Counted from the stretch's first letter, positions 23,227-32,000 are shown. The stretch: DNA of 32,000 bases from Propionibacterium freudenreichii subsp. freudenreichii (GCF_000940845.1 NZ_CP010341.1:2190001-2222000), one strand, 5' to 3'. Numbers and translations: made by a program. The notes: generated by a model not told the origin, from the letters alone.

Positions 23227-24744
23227 TCAGGCGATGAAGCCCTGCTCGATCGCCTCCCGCAGGCGGGGCAGGATGGCGGCCTCGAGTTCGTCGACCGGCT
23301 GGTCGAGCAACCCGGCCACCGCCCCGATCAGCACGCCGAGGGGAAGCTCGCCGTCGCAGGCGCCGATCACTCCACCCACCGCGGCGTCCACGGCCAGCGC
23401 CCGGCACAGCCCGGCGGTCTGGCGCAGCACCACATGGCTGGGATCGGCCGCCCCGGGACGCCCGGTGGCCTCCTGCACCACGGAGGGGTCCACGGTGAAG
23501 GTGCGTGCGAGCAGTTCGTCGTCGTCCAGCCCGGCCACGTCGCGTGCGGTCCAGCCGGCTGACAGGGCGGCGCCGACGGGCTGGGCGATCGTGTAGGGCC
23601 AGCTCTCCATGTGCACGCTGGGTTCGGCGGAGCCCGACTTGCGCACCATGATCCAGCCCAGGCCGACGCCCGTGATGCCCTGGGCGTCGAAGTAGTTGAG
23701 CCATTCGGCGTAGCGGTCGAGCCAGATCGGATCGCCCGACAGGCCGGCGTCGGTGAGCCACATCTCTATATAGGAATAGACGTCGAGGTGCTCGCGCTCC
23801 ACCACCCACAGGTCGCATCCGGTGCCACGCACCCATTCGGCCAGCCGGTCCTCCCAGCTCGCCTCGCGCGTGTCGGCCCAGTTGGCCAGCACCTGCAGCA
23901 GGCCGCCGTCGGCCAGGTGGCTCGCGCCCTCGCGCACCACGTGCCGCACCAGGCCATCGCCGGCGAAGCCGCCCTCGCGGTAGACGAGGCGGTCGGCGGC
24001 GTCGGTGGGCGGGCTCATCACATAGGGCGGATTGGTGACGATCAGGTCGAAGCTGTCGTGGGCCACCGGCTCGTAGAAGCTGCCCGCGCGCACGTCGAGG
24101 TCGAGCCCGTTGAGGGCCAGCGTGAGGCGGGCCATGTCCAGGGCGCGGGGATTGATGTCGGTGAGGGTCACCGTGTCGGCGTGGCGGGCCAGGTGCAGGC
24201 TCTGCACCCCGCAACCGGCGCCGAGGTCGAGCGCCGAGCCCACCCGGTCGGGCACCGTGAGCTGGGCCAGCGAGGTGGACGCCGGGCTGACGCCGAGCAC
24301 GTAGTTGGGACGGGTGCGGGTGACCATCGAGTCCATCCCGGGGATCGGGTCGGCCGCCACCCAGCCGCTCCATTCGCCGGCGGCGTCGGTGAACCCATAG
24401 GGACGCACGTCGATGTCGGCGTGGATGCCCTCGCGTCCGATCGCACCCAGCACGCCGGCCTCGATGAGCGCCGGCACGTCGAGGAAGGCCGCCAGTCGCG
24501 AGCGCGGCACGATCTGTTGCAGCGGGAAGAGCCGGATCAGGTCGGCCTGGGCGTCGGTGGCGTCGCCCAGCCGGTCGAGCGCGGGCATCGTCTGATTGCG
24601 CGTCAGGCCCTCCTGGCCGGCCTCGCCCAGACGTTCCAGCACCGCGTCCACGTTGTACTTCGCCCCGCGCAGGGCGTCAGTGAAGGCGTTGATGCTGTCG
24701 GGACGCAGGAAATCGTCGCTCACTGCGTGTTGGCGCATCGTCAT
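23227..24744 (-). CDS. Class I SAM-dependent methyltransferase with NPPY motif (methyltransferase-small / HemK-RsmC-like core, extended N- and C-terminal domains)
   Basis: The real CDS is the C-terminal 505 aa of the 1028-aa ORF, starting at ATG 24744 (MTMRQHAV). It contains ALDLGAGCGVQSL (motif I) and FDLIVTNPPYV (motif IV). Confidence 0.85.
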   Translation of the reverse strand: MTMRQHAVSDDFLRPDSINAFTDALRGAKYNVDAVLERLGEAGQEGLTRNQTMPALDRLGDATDAQADLIRLFPLQQIVPRSRLAAFLDVPALIEAGVLGAIGREGIHADIDVRPYGFTDAAGEWSGWVAADPIPGMDSMVTRTRPNYVLGVSPASTSLAQLTVPDRVGSALDLGAGCGVQSLHLARHADTVTLTDINPRALDMARLTLALNGLDLDVRAGSFYEPVAHDSFDLIVTNPPYVMSPPTDAADRLVYREGGFAGDGLVRHVVREGASHLADGGLLQVLANWADTREASWEDRLAEWVRGTGCDLWVVEREHLDVYSYIEMWLTDAGLSGDPIWLDRYAEWLNYFDAQGITGVGLGWIMVRKSGSAEPSVHMESWPYTIAQPVGAALSAGWTARDVAGLDDDELLARTFTVDPSVVQEATGRPGAADPSHVVLRQTAGLCRALAVDAAVGGVIGACDGELPLGVLIGAVAGLLDQPVDELEAAILPRLREAIEQGFIA

Positions 24745-24840
24745 GGCGCCCAGCCTACGGCTCACGGCGTGCCCGGGGGTACGCCCACTACCCCACGTGG
24801 ACGCCCCGGGTGGCGTGCCTCCCGGGCATGCCACCAGAAG

Positions 24841-24862
24841 TGTCAGTGGGGCGCGGCACAAT
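24841..24862 (+). promoter_or_regulatory. Candidate RecA-independent (PafBC-type) DNA-damage promoter
   Basis: TGTCAGTG-gggcgcgg-CACAAT matches the published tTGTCRgtg-N8-TAnnnT motif, except that the first -10 base is C. It is oriented toward the helicase start at 24994. Confidence 0.45.
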
Positions 24863-24993
24863 TGAGGGGAGCCGTGCTGGCGGGCGCCGTGCCCGCCCGG
24901 GCTGCGTCGCGGGAGAACGGCGCTGGACCAGAGCGCTGCTGCACAAGAGTGGTGCTGGACAATGCGTGGCCGCGGCCACCGGGGAGGACGAAC

Positions 24994-27456
24994 GTGGCGA
25001 TTCCGCAGTGGCTGGCGGGCGACCCGTGCGTGTTGCACGTGGACCATCGCGACGCCCTGCCCGGAACCACTGCCGAGTGGCCCGAGTGGCTGTCGGCGGA
25101 CTGCGTCGCCACGATCCGCGCGGCCGGGGTGCCGCTGCCCTGGCGCCACCAGCGTGAGGCGGCCGAGTTGGCCCACGCCGGACGCCACGTGGCGCTGAGC
25201 ACGCCCACCGCGTCGGGCAAGACGCTGGCCTATCTGCTGCCGCTCATGGCGGCGACCGCACCGGGTGCCGCCGCGGAGGGGTTCGAGTGGGCCGATGCGG
25301 CGCAGGGCGATCGGCGGGGTCCGTCGACCAACCGTGGGCTGGCCGCTGCACTGGTGGCCGACCACGGGCTGTCGGCGGATCGCCTCGATCCGGGACTGTC
25401 CGGTGGAGGCCTGGCCGGTGCTGGCCTGTCCGGTGAGGCGATGGTGGGATCGCGGGAACGGGCCACCACGGTCTCGCGGGCACGCTCGGCGCTGGGCCTC
25501 AAGCAGGGCGCCACGGCCCTGTACCTGGCGCCGACCAAGGCGCTGGCGCACGACCAGATGCGCGCGGCCCGCACCTTCGGCCCGAAGGGCTGGCAGGCGG
25601 GCTGCCTGGACGGCGACTCCGACGCGGCCGAGCGTCGCTTTGCCCGGGAACAGGCCGACCTGGTGCTGACCAATCCCGACATGGTGCACCATGCCCTGCT
25701 GCCCGGGCATGCCCGCTGGGCGCGGCTGCTGTCGGGCCTGCGCTATGTGGTGATCGACGAGGCCCACCGCTACCGCGGCGTCTTCGGGGCCCAGGTGGGT
25801 GGGGTGATCCGTCGGCTGCGACGGCTGTGCCATGCCTACGGCTCCGATCCGGTGTTCATTCTCGCGTCGGCCACGGCCAGCCATGCCGGGGAGTCCGGTG
25901 CGGCGCTGATCGGGGAGCCGGAGCCGATCGCGGAGGTCAACGACGACGCCTCGCCGCATCCGGCGCGCGACGTGGTGCTGTGGCGTCCCGAGTCGAGCGC
26001 CTACGACGACGCAGCGAAGATCCTGGCCGGACTGGTCGACCAGGGACGCCAGACGATCGCCTTCGTGGCCAGCCGCGCGCAGTGCGAGCTGATGGCGGTG
26101 CGCGCCAAGGAGAAGTCGCGCAGCGGGCGGGCGATTGCGTCCTACCGGTCGGGATACCTGGCGATGGACCGGCGCCAGATCGAGGCCGGACTGCAGTCGG
26201 GCCGGCTGTTCGGGGTGTCGGCCACCAATGCGCTGGAACTCGGCGTCGACGTGGCCGGCATGGACGCGGTGGTCATCTGTGGCTTCCCCGGCACCCTGGC
26301 GTCGTTGTGGCAACAGGCCGGACGGGCCGGGCGCGCCGACCGCGATGCGCTCGTGGTGGTGGTGCAGCGCGAGGACCCGCTGGACGCCTATCTATTCGCC
26401 CATCCCGAGTTGATCTTCTCGGCGCCGATCGAGCGCACCGTGTTGTTCCCCGACAATCCGCATGTGCTGGGGCCCCAGCTGGCCGCGGCAGCCCAGGAGG
26501 CCCCGCTGACGCCGGCCGATGCGCGCTGGTTCGGCCCGACGATGGCGGGATTGTGCGAGCAGTTGTGTGCGGCCGGGCTGCTGCGTCGGCGGGCCACCGG
26601 CTGGTACTGGCCGCGTCCCGAGCGGGCGGTGGACGCGATTGACCTGCGCGGCACCGGCGGCAAACCGCTGGACATCATCGAGGAGGATTCCGGGCGCGTG
26701 ATCGGCCAGGTGGACATGGCCGCCGCCGACCACAGCGTCTACCCGGGGGCGGTCTACCTGCACCAGGGCGAGCAGTTCCTGGTGGACGCCTATCATCCCG
26801 AGCGCCGCGAAGCGTTGGTGAACCGGCGCCGGCCGGGCTATTTCACCCAGCCGCGCACGATCATCGAGGCGCGCATCCTGCACGAGGACGCCCACAAGCC
26901 GCTCGGCCGCACCACCGTGTGCACCGGCGACATCGACCTGACCACCCAGGTGACCGGCTACCTGCGGCGCGACGAGGTGACCACCCAGGTGTGGGACGAG
27001 AATCCGCTGGAGCTTCCGGTGCAGCGGATGGGCACCAAGGCGGTGTGGTGGACGGTGCCCGAGGACGTGGCCGCCGAGGTGGGGCTGTCGGCGATCAAGC
27101 TGGCGAATGCGGCCCACGCGATGGAGCACACGGCCATCGGGTTGCTGCCCGGCTTCGCGCCGTGCGACCGCTGGGACATCGGCGGGGTGTCGATGATGGT
27201 GCACCCCGACACCGAGCTGTGCACGATCATCGTGCACGACGGCCAGGCCGGCGGCTCGGGTTTCGCCCGGGCCGGCTACGAGTGTGCCGAGGCCTGGTTG
27301 GCGGCGACGCTGCAGCGGCTGCAGACCTGCTCGTGCCTCGCCGGCTGCCCGGCGTGCATCGTGTCGCCCAAGTGTGGCAACGGCAACCAGCACCTCGACA
27401 AGGACGCGGCGACGCGCCTGCTCGCCGCCCTGTTGGAGGGCCCGGCGCAGCGCTAG
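24994..27456 (+). CDS. DEAD/DEAH-box helicase with C-terminal DUF1998 zinc module (MrfA/YprA-type)
   Basis: The start is taken as GTG 24994 with a GGAGGA SD 6 nt upstream. Motifs seen: TPTASGKT, APTKALAHDQ, VIDEAHRY, SATAS and QQAGRAGR. The C-terminal segment CSCLAGCPACIVSPKCGNGNQHLDK is also present. Confidence 0.9.
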   Translation: MAIPQWLAGDPCVLHVDHRDALPGTTAEWPEWLSADCVATIRAAGVPLPWRHQREAAELAHAGRHVALSTPTASGKTLAYLLPLMAATAPGAAAEGFEWADAAQGDRRGPSTNRGLAAALVADHGLSADRLDPGLSGGGLAGAGLSGEAMVGSRERATTVSRARSALGLKQGATALYLAPTKALAHDQMRAARTFGPKGWQAGCLDGDSDAAERRFAREQADLVLTNPDMVHHALLPGHARWARLLSGLRYVVIDEAHRYRGVFGAQVGGVIRRLRRLCHAYGSDPVFILASATASHAGESGAALIGEPEPIAEVNDDASPHPARDVVLWRPESSAYDDAAKILAGLVDQGRQTIAFVASRAQCELMAVRAKEKSRSGRAIASYRSGYLAMDRRQIEAGLQSGRLFGVSATNALELGVDVAGMDAVVICGFPGTLASLWQQAGRAGRADRDALVVVVQREDPLDAYLFAHPELIFSAPIERTVLFPDNPHVLGPQLAAAAQEAPLTPADARWFGPTMAGLCEQLCAAGLLRRRATGWYWPRPERAVDAIDLRGTGGKPLDIIEEDSGRVIGQVDMAAADHSVYPGAVYLHQGEQFLVDAYHPERREALVNRRRPGYFTQPRTIIEARILHEDAHKPLGRTTVCTGDIDLTTQVTGYLRRDEVTTQVWDENPLELPVQRMGTKAVWWTVPEDVAAEVGLSAIKLANAAHAMEHTAIGLLPGFAPCDRWDIGGVSMMVHPDTELCTIIVHDGQAGGSGFARAGYECAEAWLAATLQRLQTCSCLAGCPACIVSPKCGNGNQHLDKDAATRLLAALLEGPAQR

Positions 27457-28457
27457 ATGCCCACCCGGTACATCGCCGCATAGTGGAAGAAGCGGCCGAT
27501 GACCTCGGCGACGAAGGCGCCGGCCAGGCAGGTGGCCATGAGGGCCGCCAGGCCCCACGACCGGTCGACGGGCGCGCGATCTGCGACGCGGAAGACGAAC
27601 AGCCCCAGCACGATGGCGGCCAGGCCGAGCAGGGTGAGCCGCACCGCAAACAGTGGGCCGCTGAACACGCCCGCAGCAAGCTGGGCCTGGGCGTTGCCGC
27701 CGGTCAGCCCGGACACGTACAGCGTGTACGAGATGAGCACGGCTGCTGCGGCGACGGCGGCCACCAGTGCCAGCCAGCGCACCACCGAGGTGCTGATCGC
27801 CCATTCGCCGGCGGTGGCAGGTGCGTTGATGGCGCGGATACGTCCCCGGATGCGGGCCGTGGGCCCACCGTGGGCCGGGTTCGCTGCGGGCGTCGCCACG
27901 TCATGGGCCGCGTGCCGCGCCCTGAGCGCCGCCGTGGCCATGAGCGCACAGCCCACGGCCAGCGGCCCCAGCACCGCCGTGGTGCCGAAGAACTGGAAGG
28001 GGACGGCCCAGTTGTGCCAGGCGGGGATCGTCGGCACCGAGTAGTAGATCTGGGCCATCGACCACACCAGGGCGATGCCGAACAGCGCCGTCAGCGCCGC
28101 AACCACCTGGCGCAGCCGGAAGCCGGCCACCTCGAACCACTCCAGCAAGGCGTAGGCGAAGCCCAGTCCGGCGAAGCCGATTCCGAAGATGATCTCGCGC
28201 GACAGCCACGACGTGCGCCAGTGCCGGATCACATTGAGCGTGTGGGTGATGTCGTGCATGTGGAACATCGACGCCACCAGCCCGAGCACCATCACCGGAC
28301 CGATCGCATAGACCACCGGTTCGATGATGCGTTGCGCCACGGCGCGACCATGGCGGGCCGACACCACCAGCTGCATCACGCCCAGGCACAGGAAGGTGCC
28401 CACGCACATCTGTCCGATGACCGTGAAGAGCACCAGTGGCAGGTGATGGACGTCCAT
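27453..28457 (-). CDS. dmsC: DMSO reductase family anchor subunit (DmsC-like)
   Basis: The start is taken as ATG 28457 (MDVHHLPLVLFTVIGQ), overlapping the dmsB stop. It is a polytopic membrane protein and the third gene of the operon. Confidence 0.85.
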   Translation of the reverse strand: MDVHHLPLVLFTVIGQMCVGTFLCLGVMQLVVSARHGRAVAQRIIEPVVYAIGPVMVLGLVASMFHMHDITHTLNVIRHWRTSWLSREIIFGIGFAGLGFAYALLEWFEVAGFRLRQVVAALTALFGIALVWSMAQIYYSVPTIPAWHNWAVPFQFFGTTAVLGPLAVGCALMATAALRARHAAHDVATPAANPAHGGPTARIRGRIRAINAPATAGEWAISTSVVRWLALVAAVAAAAVLISYTLYVSGLTGGNAQAQLAAGVFSGPLFAVRLTLLGLAAIVLGLFVFRVADRAPVDRSWGLAALMATCLAGAFVAEVIGRFFHYAAMYRVGI

Positions 28458-29101
28458 CAGATCTCCTTGGGATTCGCGATGTGCCCATCGGCCTGGTCCC
28501 ACTTCTGCGCGTCACGATGGGGCTTGATCACCAGACGCGGATGGGTGATGGCGGGATCGGGCAACGGCGCGATGCCGGCCTCGTCGCCGTGGGCGGCCCG
28601 CAGCGCGTCGATCGGACCCCACTCCAGGGCGCGCGACGGGCAGGCCGCCACGCACGCCGGGTCCTGACCCGATTGGCGGTAGTCGTAACACAGGTCGCAC
28701 TTGGTCATGTGGCCCGCCTCGGCGTTGAACTGCGGGGCACCGTAGGCGCAGGCCCACTCGCAGTAACGGCAGCCGACGCACTTCGACTGGTCGACGAACA
28801 CCGTGCCGTCGTCGCGCTGGGTCATCGCCGTGGTGGGGCACACCTGCACGCACAGCGGGTCCTCGCAGTGGTTGCAGGAGATCGACGTGTAGTAGGTGAA
28901 CACATTGGGCGTCACCGTGTGGTCGGCCTCGTTGGTCTGCCAGCTGCCGCCCGAGTACTCCACGACGCGCCGCCAGGTGACGCCCACGGGCAGGTCGTGC
29001 TTGTCCTTGCAGGCAACCTGGCAGGCCTTGCAGCCGGTGCACAGGGTTTGGTCGAAGAAGAAGCCGTAGTCGGCGCCGGGCCGGGTCAGGTCATCAGCCA
29101 T
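28457..29101 (-). CDS. dmsB: DMSO reductase family iron-sulfur subunit (4x[4Fe-4S] ferredoxin, DmsB-like)
   Basis: 214-aa ORF with a GAGGGGGA SD. Multiple CxxCxxCxxxCP clusters are present (CTGCKACQVACK, CNHCEDPLCVQVCP, CVGCRYCEWACAY, CDLC...CVAACP). Confidence 0.95.
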   Translation of the reverse strand: MADDLTRPGADYGFFFDQTLCTGCKACQVACKDKHDLPVGVTWRRVVEYSGGSWQTNEADHTVTPNVFTYYTSISCNHCEDPLCVQVCPTTAMTQRDDGTVFVDQSKCVGCRYCEWACAYGAPQFNAEAGHMTKCDLCYDYRQSGQDPACVAACPSRALEWGPIDALRAAHGDEAGIAPLPDPAITHPRLVIKPHRDAQKWDQADGHIANPKEI

Positions 29102-29114
29102 TGCTCAGTCCCCC

Positions 29115-31790
29115 TCAGGCCTTGACCACATTGGCGATGGTGGTGTGCACCGCATTGCCCCGCGCCAACGGCGAGGGGTGCAGCGATGTCAGGGAATTCA
29201 CCGAGCCGGCAGTGTCCACGGGACGCTCGGGATTCGCCCCGGGCGGCGGCTTCACCTCGTCGGCGGACTTCGGGGCGTACCAGGCGCCCTGCGGCACGGA
29301 GATGACGCCGGGCATGATGCGTTCGGTCACCTTGGCCTCCAGGCGGATGGTGCCGCGGTCGTTGTAGAGGAACACCTGGTCGCCGTCGGCGATCCCGCGG
29401 TTGCGGGCATCGAGGATGTTGATCCATGCCTGCTGGCGGTGCGCCTCCTTCATCCAGTCGACATTGCCGTAGGTGGAATGGGTGCGTGCCTTGTAGTGGT
29501 GGCCGATCACCTGGAACGGATATTCGCGTGACGCGCGTGCGGCGAGCGCACCCTCCCAGGTGTCGACGAATTCCGGCAGGGGGTGCAGGGAATCACCGGG
29601 CAATTTGTCACGAAAGACGCCGTACTCCCATTTCTCGGACATCCGGGCGAGGCGCTGGGAATAGATTTCGATTTTCCCTGAGGGCGTCTCCAGCGCATGC
29701 GCCACGGGATCGGCGCGGAAGTCGGCCAGGGCGATGACCGGACCCATGTCCTTGCGGAAGATGCCCCTCTGCTTCCAGTCGTCATAGTCGGGCAGGTCGG
29801 GGACCTTCGCCCGCGTGGCGTCGATGGTTGCACGCAGCCAGTCCTCGCGGCTGCGACCCTGGGTGAAGGCCTGCTCCGTGCCGAGGCGACGGGCCAGCTG
29901 GGTGCAGATCCAGTAGATGTCGTGACACTCGTAGAGCGGTTCGATGGCCTGCTGGGAGATGATTCCGTATGCCATCGGGCCACCATTCGAGCCGGGATGG
30001 ATATCGGCCTCCTCGGCCGCAGACGTTCCGGGAAGAATATAATCCGAATAGCGGCATGATGTGGTGTACTGGATATCACAATTGACGATCAGCTCACACT
30101 TGGAGTCGTCACGCAGGATCTCGACCGATTTGTTGTTGTCGCCCGTCTGGTTGACGATCGAATTTCCGCCGTACTGCCACACCATCTTGATGGGAACATC
30201 GAGCTTGATGTTCGTGGGGTTCCCGTTGTCGTCAACGGGAACCTTCGCCTCACGGGCCATCGACGCCGGCTTCTCGCACACCCCGGCATTGAAGGTGTCC
30301 ATCTGCTCGCCGTGGTCGATGGCGTCGAGCCATGCGAACACGGGGATGATCTTCTTCGACGGGTTCGTGGTGCCCTTGTTGAACGGCGTGACGAACGAGA
30401 TCGACCGGGCGCTCTCCCGGGCCCCGGTGCCGCCGCCGGAGACACCGATATTGCCAGTGACGGCCGCCAACAGGAAGATCGCCCGGGCGGTGTTCTCGCC
30501 GTTGGCCTGGCGCTGCGGGCCCCATCCCTGCGTGATGGCGCATGGTTTGGCCAGGGCGATCTCCCGGGCCAATCGACGGATCTGGTCGGCGGGCACCCCG
30601 GTGATCGAGGCCGCCCATTCCGGGGTCTTTTCGACGCCGTCGGCGCCGCGTCCGGCCAGGTATGCCCGATAGGACGCGTTGGCCGGCGCGCCGTCGGGCA
30701 TGTGGGCGTCGTCGAATCCGATGCAGTAGGTGTCGAGGAAGCCCTGGTCGTGCAGGTTCTCGGCGACCATCACGTGGATCATGCCGGCCACCAGCGCCGC
30801 ATCGGTGCCCGGGCGGATGGGGATCCACTCATCGGCCAGGTCGACGGCGGTCTCGGAATAGCGCGGGTCGATCACGATGGTGCGCACGGCGTGTTCCTTG
30901 CGCATCTGCTGGGTGACGAACAACTGTCCCCCGCCCGACATGCGCGTCTCGATCGGGTTGTTGCCGAACAACACCTGCAGGTGCGAGGTGGCCACGTCGT
31001 CGAACGAGTTGCCGTCCACCCACGAGCCGTAGAAATAGGGGTAGGCGGCGGTGATCTCGGTGGTGGAGTAGTCGGAGTAGTGGTCGAGGTAGCCGCCCCA
31101 GGTGTTCATGAGCCGCGCGAATGCCGAGACGTCCGCGTCGCATGACTTGGAGATCGTGGATCCCAGCGTTCCGGTGCCGTAGTTGATGTAGATGGCCTCG
31201 TTGCCGTAGTCGGCCTTGATCTGGGTCATCTTGGCGGCGATCTCGTCGAGCGCCTGGTCCCAGGAGATCTCCTGCCACTGTTCGTCGCCGCGCTTGGTGC
31301 CGGGCTTGCGCTTCAGCGGCTTCTTGAGGCGGTCGGGGTTGTAGATGCGATGGCGGATGGAGCGTCCGCGCACGCAGGCCCGCACGCGTTGGCTGCCGAT
31401 CTGGTCGGTGCCGGTGTTGTCGGGCAGCACCCGCACGACGGTGCCGTCCTTCACCTGCAGGCGCAACGGGCAGCGCGATCCGCAGTTCACCGTGCACGCC
31501 GACCACACGGTGCGATCGGCGTCGGCGATGCCCTCGGTGGCGGCGTGTGCCGTCGAGCCGTGGGGCATCCCCAGGTTGGTGACGGTGCTGGCCAGCGCGG
31601 CGGTTCCCCCGACGGCGGCCGACCACTTGAGGAAGGTGCGCCGGGTGGGCGACGGGTGATGCTGGGTGTGCTGTGGGTCCGCTGTCGTGGTGCCGGCGGC
31701 GGAGCCTGCGCCAGCCATCGAATCAGTGCCAGTCATCGGGTCTGTGCCATCCATTGGGCTTGTGCCATCCATTGGATCAGTGCCAGCCAT
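29115..31790 (-). CDS. dmsA: Molybdopterin oxidoreductase catalytic subunit, DMSO reductase family (DmsA-like), Tat-exported
   Basis: 891-aa ORF. It has the twin-arginine motif SPTRRTFLKW, the N-terminal FeS motif CTVNCGSRCPLR and large molybdopterin domains. A GGGATGGGGA SD precedes the first ATG. Confidence 0.95.
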   Translation of the reverse strand: MAGTDPMDGTSPMDGTDPMTGTDSMAGAGSAAGTTTADPQHTQHHPSPTRRTFLKWSAAVGGTAALASTVTNLGMPHGSTAHAATEGIADADRTVWSACTVNCGSRCPLRLQVKDGTVVRVLPDNTGTDQIGSQRVRACVRGRSIRHRIYNPDRLKKPLKRKPGTKRGDEQWQEISWDQALDEIAAKMTQIKADYGNEAIYINYGTGTLGSTISKSCDADVSAFARLMNTWGGYLDHYSDYSTTEITAAYPYFYGSWVDGNSFDDVATSHLQVLFGNNPIETRMSGGGQLFVTQQMRKEHAVRTIVIDPRYSETAVDLADEWIPIRPGTDAALVAGMIHVMVAENLHDQGFLDTYCIGFDDAHMPDGAPANASYRAYLAGRGADGVEKTPEWAASITGVPADQIRRLAREIALAKPCAITQGWGPQRQANGENTARAIFLLAAVTGNIGVSGGGTGARESARSISFVTPFNKGTTNPSKKIIPVFAWLDAIDHGEQMDTFNAGVCEKPASMAREAKVPVDDNGNPTNIKLDVPIKMVWQYGGNSIVNQTGDNNKSVEILRDDSKCELIVNCDIQYTTSCRYSDYILPGTSAAEEADIHPGSNGGPMAYGIISQQAIEPLYECHDIYWICTQLARRLGTEQAFTQGRSREDWLRATIDATRAKVPDLPDYDDWKQRGIFRKDMGPVIALADFRADPVAHALETPSGKIEIYSQRLARMSEKWEYGVFRDKLPGDSLHPLPEFVDTWEGALAARASREYPFQVIGHHYKARTHSTYGNVDWMKEAHRQQAWINILDARNRGIADGDQVFLYNDRGTIRLEAKVTERIMPGVISVPQGAWYAPKSADEVKPPPGANPERPVDTAGSVNSLTSLHPSPLARGNAVHTTIANVVKA
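31701..31790. repeat. Nested short tandem repeats encoding MAGTD-PMDGTS-PMDGTD-PMTGTD-SMAGAG at the dmsA 5' end
   Basis: TGTGCCATCCATTGG occurs at 31743 and 31761 (18-bp period). ATCAGTGCCAG(T/C)CAT occurs at 31722 and 31776. GCCAGCCAT occurs at 31710 and 31782. Confidence 0.85.
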
Positions 31791-32000
31791 GAAGTCCCCA
31801 TCCCTCGAGATATGCCGGGTGGCGCGAGGCTATCAGCTGTGAAATTGCTGTCTATTGGCGGGGACGGTGGGCGCCGTTATCCGCGCCGGCCGCCCTCGCC
31901 AGAGCGGGTGGCATCGCCGATCCGAAGGCATGGGTGCTGCGGAAATGACAGGTGGGGCAGAGCGTGCCCTGCGACGCCGGGTGGCGCGTGCCGCACCGCG

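Noticed and set aside
22829-24373. 514-aa minus-strand ORF, plus the 26392..27804 and 2997..4019 ORFs.
   Set aside because: These are out-of-frame or antisense overlaps of well-supported genes, with Arg/Pro/Gly-dominated translations.
23611-24993. Upstream 460 codons of the 1281-aa plus-strand ORF.
   Set aside because: This part is antisense to the NPPY methyltransferase. The helicase motifs begin only after GTG 24994, which has a good SD.
23227-27456. Methyltransferase plus DUF1998 helicase read as a DISARM/Druantia-like defence module.
   Set aside because: There is no PLD, SNF2 or other partner gene. The pair sits in a housekeeping topA neighbourhood, and the helicase architecture matches the repair-type MrfA/YprA family rather than DrmA/DruE.
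31791-32000. Moco riboswitch or FNR/CRP-type site upstream of dmsA.
   Set aside because: I could not find the conserved Moco-motif blocks. The only TGTGA half-site (TGTGAAATTGCTGTCT) lacks a matching TCACA half, and the window ends before the full upstream region.

Overview
This is a visibly GC-rich actinobacterial chromosomal segment. The gene content and order look Propionibacteriales-like, but that is inference only, with no search run. It is almost entirely core or housekeeping. Plus-strand block: ppa, a DAPYG-motif methyltransferase, a SixA-like phosphatase, a CorA-family channel, a membrane-anchored beta-lactamase-like protein, and amtB-glnK. Next come a minus-strand flavin amine oxidase and amino-acid permease, then a plus-strand FtsX/MacB-type ABC permease with its ATPase. 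A long minus-strand replication and nucleotide cluster follows: tRNA-Thr(CGU), PSP1/RicT-like, DoxX-domain protein, holB, tmk, a hypothetical protein and topA. The window ends with a divergent NPPY methyltransferase and MrfA/YprA-type DEAH helicase (DUF1998), and a dmsABC-type molybdopterin oxidoreductase operon. I see no transposase, integrase, CRISPR array, rRNA or canonical defence gene, and cannot point to a clear-cut novel multi-gene system. The most unexplained signal is the 810-bp gene-free, highly structured region after glnK (6517-7325), which contains a ~92-nt near-identical direct repeat at 380-bp spacing. Second is a match to the actinobacterial RecA-independent (PafBC-type) DNA-damage promoter motif in the methyltransferase/helicase divergent region. 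Other items are several short tandem repeat arrays in intergenic regions, a degenerate CYTH/CHAD-like gene translationally coupled to tmk, and repeat-bearing N-terminal or inserted low-complexity segments in otherwise ordinary enzymes. All functional calls come from by-eye motif recognition, with no HMM or BLAST run. The many long antisense ORFs in the track are treated as GC-content artefacts.
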